From Paracoccaceae bacterium (GTDB lineage: Bacteria; Pseudomonadota; Alphaproteobacteria; Rhodobacterales; Rhodobacteraceae), in the NCBI GenBank assembly GCA_963921255.3, contig CAWUEW020000003.1, positions 1,550,907 through 1,614,906 of the forward strand: DNA of 64,000 nucleotides, read 5' to 3'. The notes under the pieces were generated by a model. The model was not told the origin of the DNA, ran no database searches, and worked only from the letters and a program-made list of their open reading frames with translations. Position numbers and translations under genes: made by a program. This document shows, one piece after another, positions 9,232 through 20,743 of this stretch; position 1 is the first letter of the stretch; each line of letters begins with the position of its first letter.

Positions 9232-10044
9232 ATGAGCCAAGCCATCCCGATATATGTCATTAATCTGGATCGACGTCCCGACCGCCTGGATCGGATCGGC
9301 GAACACTTGGCTGCGCGTGGGGTCAGCTTCATCCGGCAAAGCGCCTGCGATGCGCAATCCGTGCTGGAACCTGAGATCGCGAAGATGGTCGCCCCGTCGG
9401 GTCCGTTGGGGCAGCTTGGGTTGGGGGATCGGGCCTGTACCATCAGCCACACAATGGCATGGGACAGTTTCCTGCGGACAGACGCCAGCCACGCCCTGTT
9501 TCTGGAAGACGATATTTTCATGGCCGAGGACGTGGCGGATATCTTGGCGGACACCGCTTGGATCCCGGCAGAGACCCATGCTGTGAAGCTGGAAAAGTTC
9601 AACAGTGGCGCCTCCCGGCTCTTGCTGGCCGATGCCGTCACGCAAACGCCGTCTGGCCGGGCCGTCCACCCGATGCGATCACGTCATGTCGGCGGGGGTG
9701 CGTATATCCTGTCGCGCAAGGGCGCCGAACTGGCTTTGGCGCATCGCGGCCGCTACCGGGTGCCTGTCGACCATTTCCTGTTTAACGACACCGTCTCACC
9801 GATCCGGCGCGACCTCAACGCGGCGATTGTCGTGCCAGCCATGGCGACGCAACGGGCCTATGCCTACGAAAGCGACATAGCGCCACTGGGCAAGGCGATC
9901 CGTCCGAAGGGGTGGCGCAAGAAGCTGCGAACCCTGCGCCGTGGGTTGACAGAGGCGAACCAGTTGCCGCGCCAGTTGTGGCAGTTCCTGACCGGTCGGG
10001 CCAAGTTGATTGACGTGGCCTACCAGGAAACACCGCCGTCTTGA
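9232..10044 (+). CDS. Glycosyltransferase family 25
   Basis: In-frame ATG at 9232 of track ORF 8392..10044; the 5' 840 nt is antisense to the previous gene. MSQAIPIYVINLDRRPDRLDRIGEHL...CTISHTMAW...LFLEDDI is the GT25 pattern. Confidence 0.75.
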   Translation: MSQAIPIYVINLDRRPDRLDRIGEHLAARGVSFIRQSACDAQSVLEPEIAKMVAPSGPLGQLGLGDRACTISHTMAWDSFLRTDASHALFLEDDIFMAEDVADILADTAWIPAETHAVKLEKFNSGASRLLLADAVTQTPSGRAVHPMRSRHVGGGAYILSRKGAELALAHRGRYRVPVDHFLFNDTVSPIRRDLNAAIVVPAMATQRAYAYESDIAPLGKAIRPKGWRKKLRTLRRGLTEANQLPRQLWQFLTGRAKLIDVAYQETPPS

Positions 10045-10069
10045 TCTCGTGAGTCCCCCAGACACGGCA

Positions 10070-10091
10070 CAGGCGGCCAAATGGCCGCCTG
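10070..10091. terminator. GC-rich hairpin between convergent genes (candidate bidirectional terminator)
   Basis: CAGGCGGCC-aaat-GGCCGCCTG, a 9-bp perfect stem with a 4-nt loop. It lies between the GT25 stop (10044) and the acnA stop (10117). There is no clear U-tract. Confidence 0.35.
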
Positions 10092-10116
10092 CACCATAGG
10101 GTTTAGTGGGTCTTGC

Positions 10117-12816
10117 CTACTCGGCGGCAACCGGCGCCTTCGCCAAATCCCGCAGCACGTAATGCAGCACGCCACCGTGCTCGATATATTCGATCTCAAC
10201 CGCTGTATCGATCCGGCACTTCAAGGTGATCTCCGTCGACGTGCCGTCCCCGTAGGTGATTGTGGCTGTCACCTCCTGCAGCGGCTGAACGCTGTCCAGG
10301 CCGTGGATGTCGACCGTTTCATCCCCCTTCAGCCCCAGGGTCTTTCGCGTGTCGCCGCCGGTGAACTCGAACGGGATGACGCCCATGCCGACCAGGTTCG
10401 AGCGGTGAATACGCTCAAAGCTTTCTGCGATCACAGCTTTGACACCCAGAAGGTTGGTCCCCTTCGCAGCCCAGTCGCGGCTTGATCCGGCCCCGTACTG
10501 TTCGCCCCCGAAGACGACAAGTGGCGTGCCCTGATCCTGATAGGCCATCGCGGCTTCAAAGATCGACGTCTGCTGACCGTCCGGCCCAAGCGTGTAGCCG
10601 CCTTCAACCCCATCCAGCATCTCGTTCTTGATGCGGATGTTCGCAAAGGTGCCGCGCATCATGATCTCGTGATTGCCGCGGCGCGACCCGTAGGAATTGA
10701 ACTCGCGCACGGGCACCTGGCGTTCCACCAGATAGCGCCCGGCCGGGGTTGTGTCCTTGAACGAGCCCGCGGGGCTGATGTGGTCGGTGGTGACCATGTC
10801 GCCGAGGATCGCCAGGACCTTTGCGCCTGAGATGTTCTCGATCGTGCCCGGCTCGGGGCCCATGCCCTGGAAATACGGCGGGTTCTGAACGTAGGTCGAT
10901 GTCGCGGGCCAGTCGTAGGTTTCCTGTTGTGGCACCTCGACCCCACGCCATTTCTCGTCCCCTTTGAAGACGTCGGCGTATTTCTCGATGAAGGCTTCGC
11001 GCGTGACGGTGGCCTCGACCAGTTCGGCAATCTCGGCCTGCGACGGCCAGATATCCTTGAGGAAGACGTCGTTGCCGTCCTGGTCCTGGCCCAAGGGTTC
11101 CGAGGTCAGATCGATATTCATGTCGCCAGCCAAGGCATAGGCCACGACAAGCGGCGGACTGGCCAGATAGTTTGCCCGCACATCCGGCGAGATCCGCCCT
11201 TCGAAGTTCCTGTTGCCGGACAGGACCGAGGTCGCCACCAGATCCCCTTCGGCGATGGCATCCGACAGTTCCTTTTGGATCGGACCGGAATTGCCGATGC
11301 AGGTCGTGCACCCGTAGCCGACAAGGTTGAACCCGATGGCGTCCAGATCTTCCTGCAGACCAGCAGCCTCCAGGTAGGCCGACACGACCTGGCTTCCCGG
11401 GGCGAGCGAGGTTTTGACCCAAGGCTTGCGGTTCAGACCCAAGGCGCGGGCTTTGCGCGCGACCAACCCCGCACCGATCATGACATAGGGGTTTGATGTA
11501 TTGGTGCAGGAGGTGATGGACGCAATGACAACCTTGCCCGATTTCAGGGTGTAGTCCTCGCCGGCGACAGCGACTTCCTTGTCCATCGGGCGATTGAAGG
11601 TGTCCGCCATCTCCTTGGCAAATGCGTCTTTCGCCTCGGTCAGCGCCACGTAATCCTGTGGGCGTTTCGGCCCCGAGATCGCAGGCACGATCGTCCCCAT
11701 GTCCAAGCTCAGCGTGTCGGTGTAGACCGGTGCGTAATCCGCGCCGCGCCAGAAGCCATTTTCCTTAGCATAGGCCTCGACCAGGGCCAGCGTGTCTTCA
11801 TCGCGCCCGGTGTTCCGCAGATACCGTAGCGTTTCGCCATCAATCGGGAAGAACCCGCAGGTTGCCCCGTATTCCGGTGCCATATTGGCGATCGTGGCCC
11901 GATCGGCCAAAGGCAGGCGATCCAGACCCTCGCCGTAAAACTCGACGAACTTTCCAACCACGCCTTTGGCGCGCAGCATCTCGACAACCTTGAGAACCAG
12001 ATCGGTCCCCGTCGTGCCTTCGACCATCTCGCCGGTCAGTTCGAAGCCCACAACTTCCGGGATCAGCATCGAAATCGGCTGGCCCAACATCGCCGCCTCG
12101 GCCTCGATCCCACCGACGCCCCATCCAAGCACGGCAACCCCGTTGACCATCGTCGTGTGGCTGTCGGTGCCGACCAAGGTGTCTGGGTAGGCCACCAGTT
12201 CGCCGGATTGGTCGGTGTCCGACCAGATGGCCTTTGCCAGGTATTCCAGGTTCACCTGGTGGCAGATGCCCGTGCCCGGCGGGACCACCCGGAAATTGTT
12301 GAACGCGGACTGCCCCCACTTCAGGAAAGTGTAGCGTTCCATGTTGCGTTCATATTCGCGGTCCACGTTCATCTGGAAGGCACGCGGGTTGCCGAATGCG
12401 TCAATCATGACCGAGTGGTCGATCACCAGATCCACCGGATTCAGCGGATTGATCTTCTGCGGATCACCGCCGAGCGCCTTGATCCCGTCGCGCATCGCAG
12501 CAAGGTCAACCACGGCGGGAACGCCGGTGAAATCCTGCATCAAAACGCGCGCGGGACGGTATGCAATCTCGCGCGGGTTTTTGCCGCCTTGGGCCGCCCA
12601 TTCGCTGAAGGCTTTGATGTCGTCGACGTCGACGGTCTTGCCGTCCTCGAAGCGCAGCATGTTTTCAAGCACGACCTTCAAAGCGGCCGGCAGTTTCGAG
12701 AAATCTCCCAGTCCGGCCTCTTCGGCGGCGGCGATGGAATAATAGGCGTAGGATTTATCCCCAACAGTCAGGGTCTTGCGGGTTTTGGCGGTATCGTGGC
12801 CGACGGTAATGGGCAT
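10117..12816 (-). CDS. acnA: Aconitate hydratase A
   Basis: 899 aa, full-length aconitase/IRP-type sequence (...DSHTTMVNG..., ...SCTNTSNP..., ...[11 protein letters not shown]... cluster ligand motifs). AGGGAGG precedes the ATG. Confidence 0.97.
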   Translation of the reverse strand: MPITVGHDTAKTRKTLTVGDKSYAYYSIAAAEEAGLGDFSKLPAALKVVLENMLRFEDGKTVDVDDIKAFSEWAAQGGKNPREIAYRPARVLMQDFTGVPAVVDLAAMRDGIKALGGDPQKINPLNPVDLVIDHSVMIDAFGNPRAFQMNVDREYERNMERYTFLKWGQSAFNNFRVVPPGTGICHQVNLEYLAKAIWSDTDQSGELVAYPDTLVGTDSHTTMVNGVAVLGWGVGGIEAEAAMLGQPISMLIPEVVGFELTGEMVEGTTGTDLVLKVVEMLRAKGVVGKFVEFYGEGLDRLPLADRATIANMAPEYGATCGFFPIDGETLRYLRNTGRDEDTLALVEAYAKENGFWRGADYAPVYTDTLSLDMGTIVPAISGPKRPQDYVALTEAKDAFAKEMADTFNRPMDKEVAVAGEDYTLKSGKVVIASITSCTNTSNPYVMIGAGLVARKARALGLNRKPWVKTSLAPGSQVVSAYLEAAGLQEDLDAIGFNLVGYGCTTCIGNSGPIQKELSDAIAEGDLVATSVLSGNRNFEGRISPDVRANYLASPPLVVAYALAGDMNIDLTSEPLGQDQDGNDVFLKDIWPSQAEIAELVEATVTREAFIEKYADVFKGDEKWRGVEVPQQETYDWPATSTYVQNPPYFQGMGPEPGTIENISGAKVLAILGDMVTTDHISPAGSFKDTTPAGRYLVERQVPVREFNSYGSRRGNHEIMMRGTFANIRIKNEMLDGVEGGYTLGPDGQQTSIFEAAMAYQDQGTPLVVFGGEQYGAGSSRDWAAKGTNLLGVKAVIAESFERIHRSNLVGMGVIPFEFTGGDTRKTLGLKGDETVDIHGLDSVQPLQEVTATITYGDGTSTEITLKCRIDTAVEIEYIEHGGVLHYVLRDLAKAPVAAE

Positions 12817-12917
12817 GAATGCCTCCCTTCATACGGTCGTTCGAGCTGCGTCACTGATGCTTTGGTGCCAAGGCGCGGCGGGACCGCGCAAGGGGCCATA
12901 ACGTCTCTGCCTGCAAT

Positions 12918-12937
12918 ATGTATACAATGGCATACAT
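12918..12937. promoter_or_regulatory. Inverted repeat ATGTAT-N8-ATACAT in the acnA/ccmA divergent spacer
   Basis: The arms are seen directly at 12918-12923 and 12932-12937, embedded in the most AT-rich patch of the spacer. The factor is unknown. Confidence 0.25.
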
Positions 12938-13089
12938 TTCAAGCTTTGATTTCATCTGGCTGCTCAGGCGCGGGCGATACATCGCGCGAGGCGTCTTTTC
13001 GACGTGTCTCCTCTCCGACACGGATCCATCGCCCGGAATTGCAGTCGGCGTCCCTTCCCCTCGCGAAAACAATGCTCTACCGCTTGCAT

Positions 13090-13722
13090 ATGAGTTTGCG
13101 CGTTGAAAACCTGGCTTGCGCTCGCGGGGGCGTTCAGATTCTGGATGGCGTTTCCTTTTCCGTGGCACCCGGTCAGGCGGTGATCCTGCGGGGGCCCAAT
13201 GGCGCGGGGAAAACAACGCTCCTGCGGACATTGGCCGGATTGACGCCGCCGCTGTCTGGCGAAATCCAAGCACCCGAGGATGCCCTCGTCTATGCAGGCC
13301 ATGCCGACGGCTTGAAGGCGCAGATGACGGTCCGCGAGAACCTGTCGTTCTGGGCCGGAATCTTCGGCACACGCGACATTGCCCCGGCCATTGATGGGTT
13401 TGATCTGGCCGCGCTGGCCGACCGGCGCGCGGGTGAATTGTCGGCCGGCCAAAAGCGGCGTCTGTCCCTGGCGCGGCTCCTGGTGACCGGGCGGCCCATC
13501 TGGTGCCTCGACGAACCGACCGTATCGCTAGATGCAGAAAACGTCGGACGATTTGCGCAAGCGGTGGAGCGCCACGTTGCAGACGGCGGCATGGCCCTGA
13601 TCGCAACCCATATCGATTTGGGCCTGCCCGAAACCCATGTTCTGGATATTTCCCGGTTTGTCGCCAAGACGCTGCGCGCCGATGATCCATTTACCGACCC
13701 CTTCCTGGAGGGATCGTTGTGA
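13090..13722 (+). CDS. ccmA: Heme ABC exporter ATP-binding protein CcmA
   Basis: In-frame ATG at 13090 (alternative 13072) of track ORF 12157..13722. It has Walker A ([12 protein letters not shown]), the signature [11 protein letters not shown] and Walker B (IWCLDEP). ccmB follows directly. Confidence 0.9.
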   Translation: MSLRVENLACARGGVQILDGVSFSVAPGQAVILRGPNGAGKTTLLRTLAGLTPPLSGEIQAPEDALVYAGHADGLKAQMTVRENLSFWAGIFGTRDIAPAIDGFDLAALADRRAGELSAGQKRRLSLARLLVTGRPIWCLDEPTVSLDAENVGRFAQAVERHVADGGMALIATHIDLGLPETHVLDISRFVAKTLRADDPFTDPFLEGSL

Positions 13723-14375
13723 TCGGGCTGTTGCGGCGGGATCTGGCCTTGGCCATTCGGGCCGGCGGTGGATTTGGCCTGAGCCTCGCGTTCTTTCTGA
13801 TCTTCACGACATTGGTGCCCTTCGGTGTAGGGCCACAGACCGGCGTTCTGGCCTCGATCGCGCCCGGTGTGTTGTGGCTTGGGGCCCTCTTGGCGTGTCT
13901 TTTGTCGCTGGACCGGATCTTTCAGCTGGATTGGGAAGACGGGACGCTCTACCTGATCGCGACCAGCCCGGTGCCCTTGGAGGGCCTGGCCCTCATGAAG
14001 GCCACTGCACACTGGATCACCACGGGCTTGCCCTTGGTCGCCGCCGCACCGGTCTTGGGCGTTTTGTTGAACTTGCCGGGCGCGGCCTATCCCTGGCTGA
14101 TCGCCTCGCTCGCGCTTGGCACCCCGGCCCTGAGCGCCATTGGCACGTTTGGTGCAGCCCTGACCGTCGGGATCAAGCGCGGGGGCCTGCTGCTGTCGCT
14201 GCTCGTTCTGCCGCTGTATGTCCCGACCTTGATTTTTGGTGCACTGACGGTCACGCGCGCCGTTGCCGGACAGGACGCGTGGGTGCCACTTCTTCTGACG
14301 GCGGGCATCACCCTGGGCAGCTTCGCCCTCCTTCCCTTTGCCGGCGCTGCGGCGCTCCGCGTCAATCTGCGCTAG
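13719..14375 (+). CDS. ccmB: Heme exporter permease CcmB
   Basis: 218 aa, about 6 TM segments, CcmB-like ([18 protein letters not shown]...). The GTG overlaps the ccmA stop (GTGA). Confidence 0.9.
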   Translation: MIGLLRRDLALAIRAGGGFGLSLAFFLIFTTLVPFGVGPQTGVLASIAPGVLWLGALLACLLSLDRIFQLDWEDGTLYLIATSPVPLEGLALMKATAHWITTGLPLVAAAPVLGVLLNLPGAAYPWLIASLALGTPALSAIGTFGAALTVGIKRGGLLLSLLVLPLYVPTLIFGALTVTRAVAGQDAWVPLLLTAGITLGSFALLPFAGAAALRVNLR

Positions 14376-14431
14376 GCCCGCGCCCGGTTGCCCCATTGTG
14401 AGCGCTGACATGCCCCCCTAAGTTCCGCGCC

Positions 14432-15163
14432 ATGGCATCGCTTTGGGAATACGCGAACCCTCGGAAGTTCATGGCCACATCGGCCGCTCTCCTGCCGTGG
14501 ACGGTGGGCATTGCGGCCCTGTGTCTGGCCGTTGGGCTGGTCTGGGGATTCTTCTTCACGCCCGACGATTTCCGCCAAGGCTCGACCGTCAAGATTATCT
14601 ATGTCCATGTGCCCTCGGCCATCATGGCCGTGAACGCCTGGTTCATGATGTTGGTCACATCCCTGATCTGGCTGATCCGGCGCCACCACGTGTCGGCCCT
14701 GGCTGCCAAGGCCGCGGCGCCCGTGGGTATGGTGTTCACCATGATCGCCCTGTTCACGGGCGCGGTTTGGGGCCAGCCCATGTGGGGCACCTGGTGGGAA
14801 TGGGATCCGCGCCTGACCGCGTTCCTGATCCTGTTCCTCTTCTACCTCGGATACATCGCGCTTTGGGAAGCGATTGATAACCCGGACAGCGCGGCCGATC
14901 TGACGTCGGTCCTGTGCCTCGTCGGGTCGGTCTTTGCCGTGATCTCGCGCTACGCCTTGGTCTTCTGGAACCAGGGCTTGCACCAAGGTGCGACGCTGTC
15001 GCTGGATGCTGAACAGAATATCGCGGATGTCTTCTGGTACCCGCTGATCATCACGATGGCGGGGTTTGGTTTCCTGTTCATCGCATTGGTGCTTTACCGC
15101 ACGCAGACCGAGATTCGGGTGCGACGGCTCAAGGCCCTGATCGCACAGGAGCGGATGGCATGA
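14432..15163 (+). CDS. ccmC: Heme exporter / heme-handling permease CcmC
   Basis: 243 aa with the tryptophan-rich WGxxWxWD motif (WGQPMWGTWWEWDPRLT). Confidence 0.93.
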   Translation: MASLWEYANPRKFMATSAALLPWTVGIAALCLAVGLVWGFFFTPDDFRQGSTVKIIYVHVPSAIMAVNAWFMMLVTSLIWLIRRHHVSALAAKAAAPVGMVFTMIALFTGAVWGQPMWGTWWEWDPRLTAFLILFLFYLGYIALWEAIDNPDSAADLTSVLCLVGSVFAVISRYALVFWNQGLHQGATLSLDAEQNIADVFWYPLIITMAGFGFLFIALVLYRTQTEIRVRRLKALIAQERMA

Positions 15164-15318
15164 TGCCGGATCTGGGTCGTTACGCGGCAGAGGTTCTGTC
15201 AGCCTATGTCGGCGCCTTGTCGCTCTTGGTTGTGATTGTGCTGGCCTCGGTCTGGAAGGCACGCCGCGTTCGGGCCCGGCTGGATGAGGTGGAAGCGCGC
15301 CGTCGGGACGCATCATGA
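15160..15318 (+). CDS. ccmD: Heme exporter protein CcmD (52 aa)
   Basis: Below the ORF-track size cutoff. ATGATG overlaps the ccmC stop. MMPDLGRYAAEVLSAYVGALSLLVVIVLASVWKARRVRARLDEVEARRRDAS has a single TM segment plus a basic tail. Its stop overlaps the ccmG ATG. Confidence 0.75.
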   Translation: MMPDLGRYAAEVLSAYVGALSLLVVIVLASVWKARRVRARLDEVEARRRDAS

Positions 15319-15911
15319 AAATCAACTGGCTTATGGTTCTTCCACTGGTGCTGACGGTGCTGTTTTTCGGCGTCGCCGGGTTCCAGTTGATGAACAACCA
15401 GAACGCGCTGAACCAAGGCGTCGATACCCAGGCCATCACCTCGGCCCAGGAGGGCCGCAGTGCCCCGGATCTGGATTTGCAGCCCTTGGGGAACACCCCG
15501 CTTCTGACCCGCGACGACCTTGTGGGCAACGGCCTCGTGATGGTGAATTTCTGGGCCTCGTGGTGTCCGCCCTGCCGGGCCGAGCATCCTGTGCTGACCG
15601 AACTGGCCGAAGCCGGCACCCCGCTATACGGCATCAATTACCGCGACCGGATCGACCAGGCGATCGGCTTCCTTGACGAACTTGGCAACCCCTACGATCG
15701 GATCGGGCGCGATGATGTTGCCCGGAACGGCATCGATTGGGGCACGGTCGCAATGCCGGAGACCTTTTTCATCGACAACGAAGGCACCGTGGTTCTGCAT
15801 TTCCGCGGTCCGGTCACCCGGCGGGCCCTGGCCGAGCGGATCGCGCCGGCGCTTGCCGCTCTGGGGCACGAGCTTCCCACCCCTGCAGCGACGGCGGCAG
15901 TCGCCAACTGA
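15315..15911 (+). CDS. ccmG: Thiol:disulfide oxidoreductase CcmG/DsbE (HelX-type)
   Basis: 198 aa with an N-terminal TM anchor, the thioredoxin motif WASWCPPCRAEHP and GINYRD, typical of CcmG. Confidence 0.9.
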   Translation: MKINWLMVLPLVLTVLFFGVAGFQLMNNQNALNQGVDTQAITSAQEGRSAPDLDLQPLGNTPLLTRDDLVGNGLVMVNFWASWCPPCRAEHPVLTELAEAGTPLYGINYRDRIDQAIGFLDELGNPYDRIGRDDVARNGIDWGTVAMPETFFIDNEGTVVLHFRGPVTRRALAERIAPALAALGHELPTPAATAAVAN

Positions 15912-15940
15912 TTGGCGCAACCAAGCCGCCACCCCAAGGG

Positions 15941-16327
15941 TCAATGGCCGGATTCTTCGGACGGCAAAACGCCCGTTGACGGCACACGGCGCCGCGTATC
16001 CATCATGTGAGTGCGATCGTCCTGAAGCGGAACGCAGTAGTTGCGCGTGCCATCGGTGGCGACGCATGTGTCGAACCAGCCGCCAGCCACGACATCGTAC
16101 CACTGGATCGTGTTGCCGCGCGTTCGTTCGGCACGGTTCGCGGGGCGCCAGAACCGGTTGTCCGGACCATTATCGACAAAGACCTCGGTATACCCTTCGT
16201 GGTGCGTTCGCGTGTCTCCACGATTTGGAGTTCTGTCTTCGCCCGGCTCGTCACAGCCAGCCAAAGCCAGGACCAACACAAGACCTGCGAGGACAGCCTT
16301 CACCGTTTCCTTCGACTTCCACGTCAT
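15941..16327 (-). CDS. Hypothetical lipoprotein
   Basis: The ATG at 16327 is preceded by GGAGG (the track start at 16333 is GTG). It has a lipobox (...LVLVLALAGC) and no recognised domain. Confidence 0.6.
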   Translation of the reverse strand: MTWKSKETVKAVLAGLVLVLALAGCDEPGEDRTPNRGDTRTHHEGYTEVFVDNGPDNRFWRPANRAERTRGNTIQWYDVVAGGWFDTCVATDGTRNYCVPLQDDRTHMMDTRRRVPSTGVLPSEESGH

Positions 16328-16406
16328 ATGCACCTCCCCTTTTCGAGCGACCCACCATCGGGCGCTGACGTTTCACTGAATTATCAATGATTGTGTCTGT
16401 GGGTAT

Positions 16407-16420
16407 TTGACGTAGATCAA
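16407..16420. promoter_or_regulatory. Candidate FNR/CRP-family box TTGACgtagATCAA
   Basis: 9/10 match to TTGAT-N4-ATCAA and a perfect TTGA-N6-TCAA core. It is centred about 86 nt upstream of the lipoprotein ATG (16327), in an AT-rich spacer. Confidence 0.4.
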
Positions 16421-16499
16421 TAAATTGGCCCGGCGCTCGGGTCGTATCCTCCGGCAAGGACAGGTCAAACGGACGTCACGCCTCTGCGGCGGCCGCTCG

Positions 16500-17000
16500 T
16501 CAGTAAATGTACCGAATTTGGTCGCCCCAGTACCGTTCGATCCGCCGGAGGGAATGGTTCACGCGGTCGATCCCGTCCACACCAAGCACCCCGTGTTTCT
16601 CCAAACCTTCGGCATGTCTCTCGAACAGGACCGCGACTGCGTCGCGCACCGTGCGCCCCTGCTCGGTCAGGCGCACACGGACCGACCGCCGGTCAATCTC
16701 GCACCGTTGGTGATGCATATAACCCATCTCAACCAGTTTCTTGAGATTGTAGGAGACATTGGAGCCTTGGTAGTATCCGCGGCTTTTCAGTTCTCCGGCG
16801 GTCACTTCATGGTCGCCAATGTTGAACAGCAAAAGCGCCTGCACCGCGTTCATGTCAATCAGGCCAAGCCGCTCAAATTCGTCCTTGATCACGTCAAGCA
16901 GCAGACGATGCAAGCGCTCCACCATCGACAAGGTGTCCAGATACCCACCCAAAAAACCGGATCGAACGGGCGGCGCGAGGGGCGCGTGCATACTCATCAT
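16500..17000 (-). CDS. MarR-like winged-helix transcriptional regulator
   Basis: Track ORF 16500..17030 has a GTG start; ATGs at 17000/16997 follow GGAGA. ...NAVQALLLFNIGDHEVTAGELKSRGYYQGSNVSYNLKKLVEMGYMHHQRCEIDRRSVRVRLTEQG has a wHTH layout. The start is uncertain by about 30 nt. Confidence 0.7.
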   Translation of the reverse strand: MMSMHAPLAPPVRSGFLGGYLDTLSMVERLHRLLLDVIKDEFERLGLIDMNAVQALLLFNIGDHEVTAGELKSRGYYQGSNVSYNLKKLVEMGYMHHQRCEIDRRSVRVRLTEQGRTVRDAVAVLFERHAEGLEKHGVLGVDGIDRVNHSLRRIERYWGDQIRYIY

Positions 17001-17079
17001 GGTCTCCGCAACATCTGCTGTTGCGGGCACTTTCTCCCAGATTCGGAAAAAATGGGTTAAAGGCAGATCGCCCTGCGCA

Positions 17080-17346
17080 TCAGCGCGGGATCGGGTCGAA
17101 ATCCGCCGCCAACTGGCTCAGGAACGGGGCCAAAGCTGCAGGCGCGGGTTGCTGACCGGACACCCATTGGTACAGGTCCTGATCCGCTTCGGCCAATACG
17201 GCTTCGAACTGGTCCAGCGTCGCATCATCGGCCGCGGCCAGATGCGCATCGGCCCATCCACCAAGGATCAGATCCATTTCCTTGATCCCACGATGCCAGG
17301 CCCGCATCCGCAGACGTTTGATCCGAATATCCCGCGCCTCTTCCAT
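17080..17346 (-). CDS. sdhE: FAD assembly factor SdhE (succinate dehydrogenase assembly factor 2, DUF339)
   Basis: 88 aa. ...RIKRLRMRAWHRGIKEMDLILGGWAD...DQDLYQW matches the SdhE RGxxE region. Confidence 0.85.
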   Translation of the reverse strand: MEEARDIRIKRLRMRAWHRGIKEMDLILGGWADAHLAAADDATLDQFEAVLAEADQDLYQWVSGQQPAPAALAPFLSQLAADFDPIPR

Positions 17347-17351
17347 GGGTT

Positions 17352-19080
<1,729 letters not shown>

Positions 19081-19191
19081 CGATGAATTGACGTTCGCGT
19101 GTCGCCGGCACGCGGACGTCCGCCCCACCTGGGCGGTGGATCGGGCCGCCCGGCCGTGTTGCTGGACTATGTTGTAAGAGTGAGGCTGACC

Positions 19192-19818
19192 ATGACCCTG
19201 CCTTCCGCCTCGTTCTGGGACAAAACGGCCCGGAGATACGCCAAACAGCCCGTCGCGAATCCCGACGCGTACGAGGACACGCTCGCCCGCACGCGGGCGT
19301 ATCTGCACCCCACCGATCACGTGCTGGAAATCGGCTGCGGCACAGCGTCTACAGCGATAAACCTTGCGCCGCATGTGGCCACCATCACTGCCAGCGATTT
19401 TTCCGCCGAGATGACGCAGATCGGACAAGAAAAGGTTGCAGCCGCCGGACTGTCCAATGTGACGTGTGTTCAGGGCGTTCCAGGGGACGCGTCCTTGGGG
19501 ACCGGACCCTACGACGCGGTCATTGCCATGAACCTCCTGCACCTTCTGCCGGATCGTGCCGGTGATATTCAGCGGGTTGCCGACATCCTCAAGCCCGGCG
19601 GACACTTCATCTCCAAAACCGGGTGTCTGGGCGACGGCGCATGGTATCTTTGGCCGGTGATCAAGGGGATGCAGCTGTTCGGCAAGGCGCCATTTGTTGC
19701 TTTTGTCCTCAAATCCACCCTGCGATCCGAGATGGAAGCGGCGGGCTTCGACATCCTTGACACACATGATTACCCGGGCATGCCAGGCACCCATTTCCTC
19801 GTGGCCCAAAAACGCTGA
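19192..19818 (+). CDS. Class I SAM-dependent methyltransferase
   Basis: Internal ATG at 19192 after GTGAGG. Motif I is VLEIGCGTAS, and the overall layout is Methyltransf_11-like. Confidence 0.75.
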   Translation: MTLPSASFWDKTARRYAKQPVANPDAYEDTLARTRAYLHPTDHVLEIGCGTASTAINLAPHVATITASDFSAEMTQIGQEKVAAAGLSNVTCVQGVPGDASLGTGPYDAVIAMNLLHLLPDRAGDIQRVADILKPGGHFISKTGCLGDGAWYLWPVIKGMQLFGKAPFVAFVLKSTLRSEMEAAGFDILDTHDYPGMPGTHFLVAQKR

Positions 19819-19889
19819 ACGGCCTTTGACAGCGCCCCCGGCGCCCCATAGGCTTTGCCTCAAAACACGTGCGGAGACATCGGGCGCTC

Positions 19890-20324
19890 ATGACCGAACT
19901 GCCAGAATACTATTTCCGGATCCGCGAAAATGGCGCCGCCGTCTTTCGGGTGTCGACGGACAACCGTCAGCGCCGGATCGAAATGGATGAAATTGCCGTC
20001 GTGAACGTGCGAAATGGCAATGTGAAACCCCATGGCGACTACACGCTGACGGCGGAAGACAAGACCGTGATCGGGGATTGGCTGGCGGATCGCCGCGCGG
20101 TGTTGGCCGATCGCGATATCGACGACATCCATCGCGCTGTCGACTATCTGAACCTGACAACACATTGGGCCCAGAGCCGGGCCTCGGACGAGGATCTGGA
20201 GGAGGTCACCGACCGTCTCTTGCTGGCCATGCATGATTTGCGCAGCGTCCTGGTGCGCAAGAAGGCCGACCGACTGATCGCTGCTTCAGAGGCCGCGGCG
20301 GAGGCCAAGTCCGACGCCGGCTGA
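19890..20324 (+). CDS. Hypothetical protein (144 aa)
   Basis: ATG at 19890 within track ORF 19869..20324. The frame has coding-like codon bias and no recognised domain (MTELPEYYFRIRENGAAVFRV...). Confidence 0.5.
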   Translation: MTELPEYYFRIRENGAAVFRVSTDNRQRRIEMDEIAVVNVRNGNVKPHGDYTLTAEDKTVIGDWLADRRAVLADRDIDDIHRAVDYLNLTTHWAQSRASDEDLEEVTDRLLLAMHDLRSVLVRKKADRLIAASEAAAEAKSDAG

Positions 20325-20335
20325 CCCTGATCGGG

Positions 20336-20743
20336 TCAGAACCGCTGAAACACGCTGTCGATGATGGCGTCTTTTCGGGGTCCCGTGACATGCCAGACCT
20401 GCCGCCACGTCGGCCAATCCCCAAAGTCGTAGCGCACATCGTAAGTATCAGGCGGGCAAAGGTGCCGATCTTCTCGCGCGCCGTGGCGCAATTCGTGAAA
20501 CGGGCGGCCATCCTCGAAGAACACGGCGATCCCCTCGGATGTTGCGCGCCACAGGTAAACCCGGCTCGCCTGCATCTCGGGCGCGTCGCCGTAGCGGAGG
20601 ACACCCTGCTCTTCCTGCCGTAGCCCCGCACCATCCGGGCGCCAAGTGACTTCGCCGTCAAGGTGCCCGACGATCGCTGCACGTCGATCATCAATCCGGC
20701 GCTCCAAGCGCCAACGACCTTCAAGATCAGCCAGTTGGATCAT
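20336..20743 (-). CDS. Hypothetical protein, DUF6314-like (lipocalin/nitrobindin-like beta-barrel suspected)
   Basis: 135 aa. MIQLADLEGRWRLERRIDD...GEVTWRP...YLWR resembles DUF6314 family openings. The start overlaps the upstream stop (ATGA at 20740-20743). Confidence 0.5.
   Translation of the reverse strand: MIQLADLEGRWRLERRIDDRRAAIVGHLDGEVTWRPDGAGLRQEEQGVLRYGDAPEMQASRVYLWRATSEGIAVFFEDGRPFHELRHGAREDRHLCPPDTYDVRYDFGDWPTWRQVWHVTGPRKDAIIDSVFQRF

Noticed and set aside
12157-13089. 5' part of the 521-aa ORF 12157..13722
   Set aside because: It is antisense to acnA. CcmA homology starts at the internal ATG at 13090 (or 13072).
13290-15637. 373-aa and 421-aa minus-strand ORFs (13290..14411 and 14372..15637)
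   Set aside because: They are antisense to ccmA through ccmG, whose products are unambiguous. The antisense translations are basic, low-complexity sequences.
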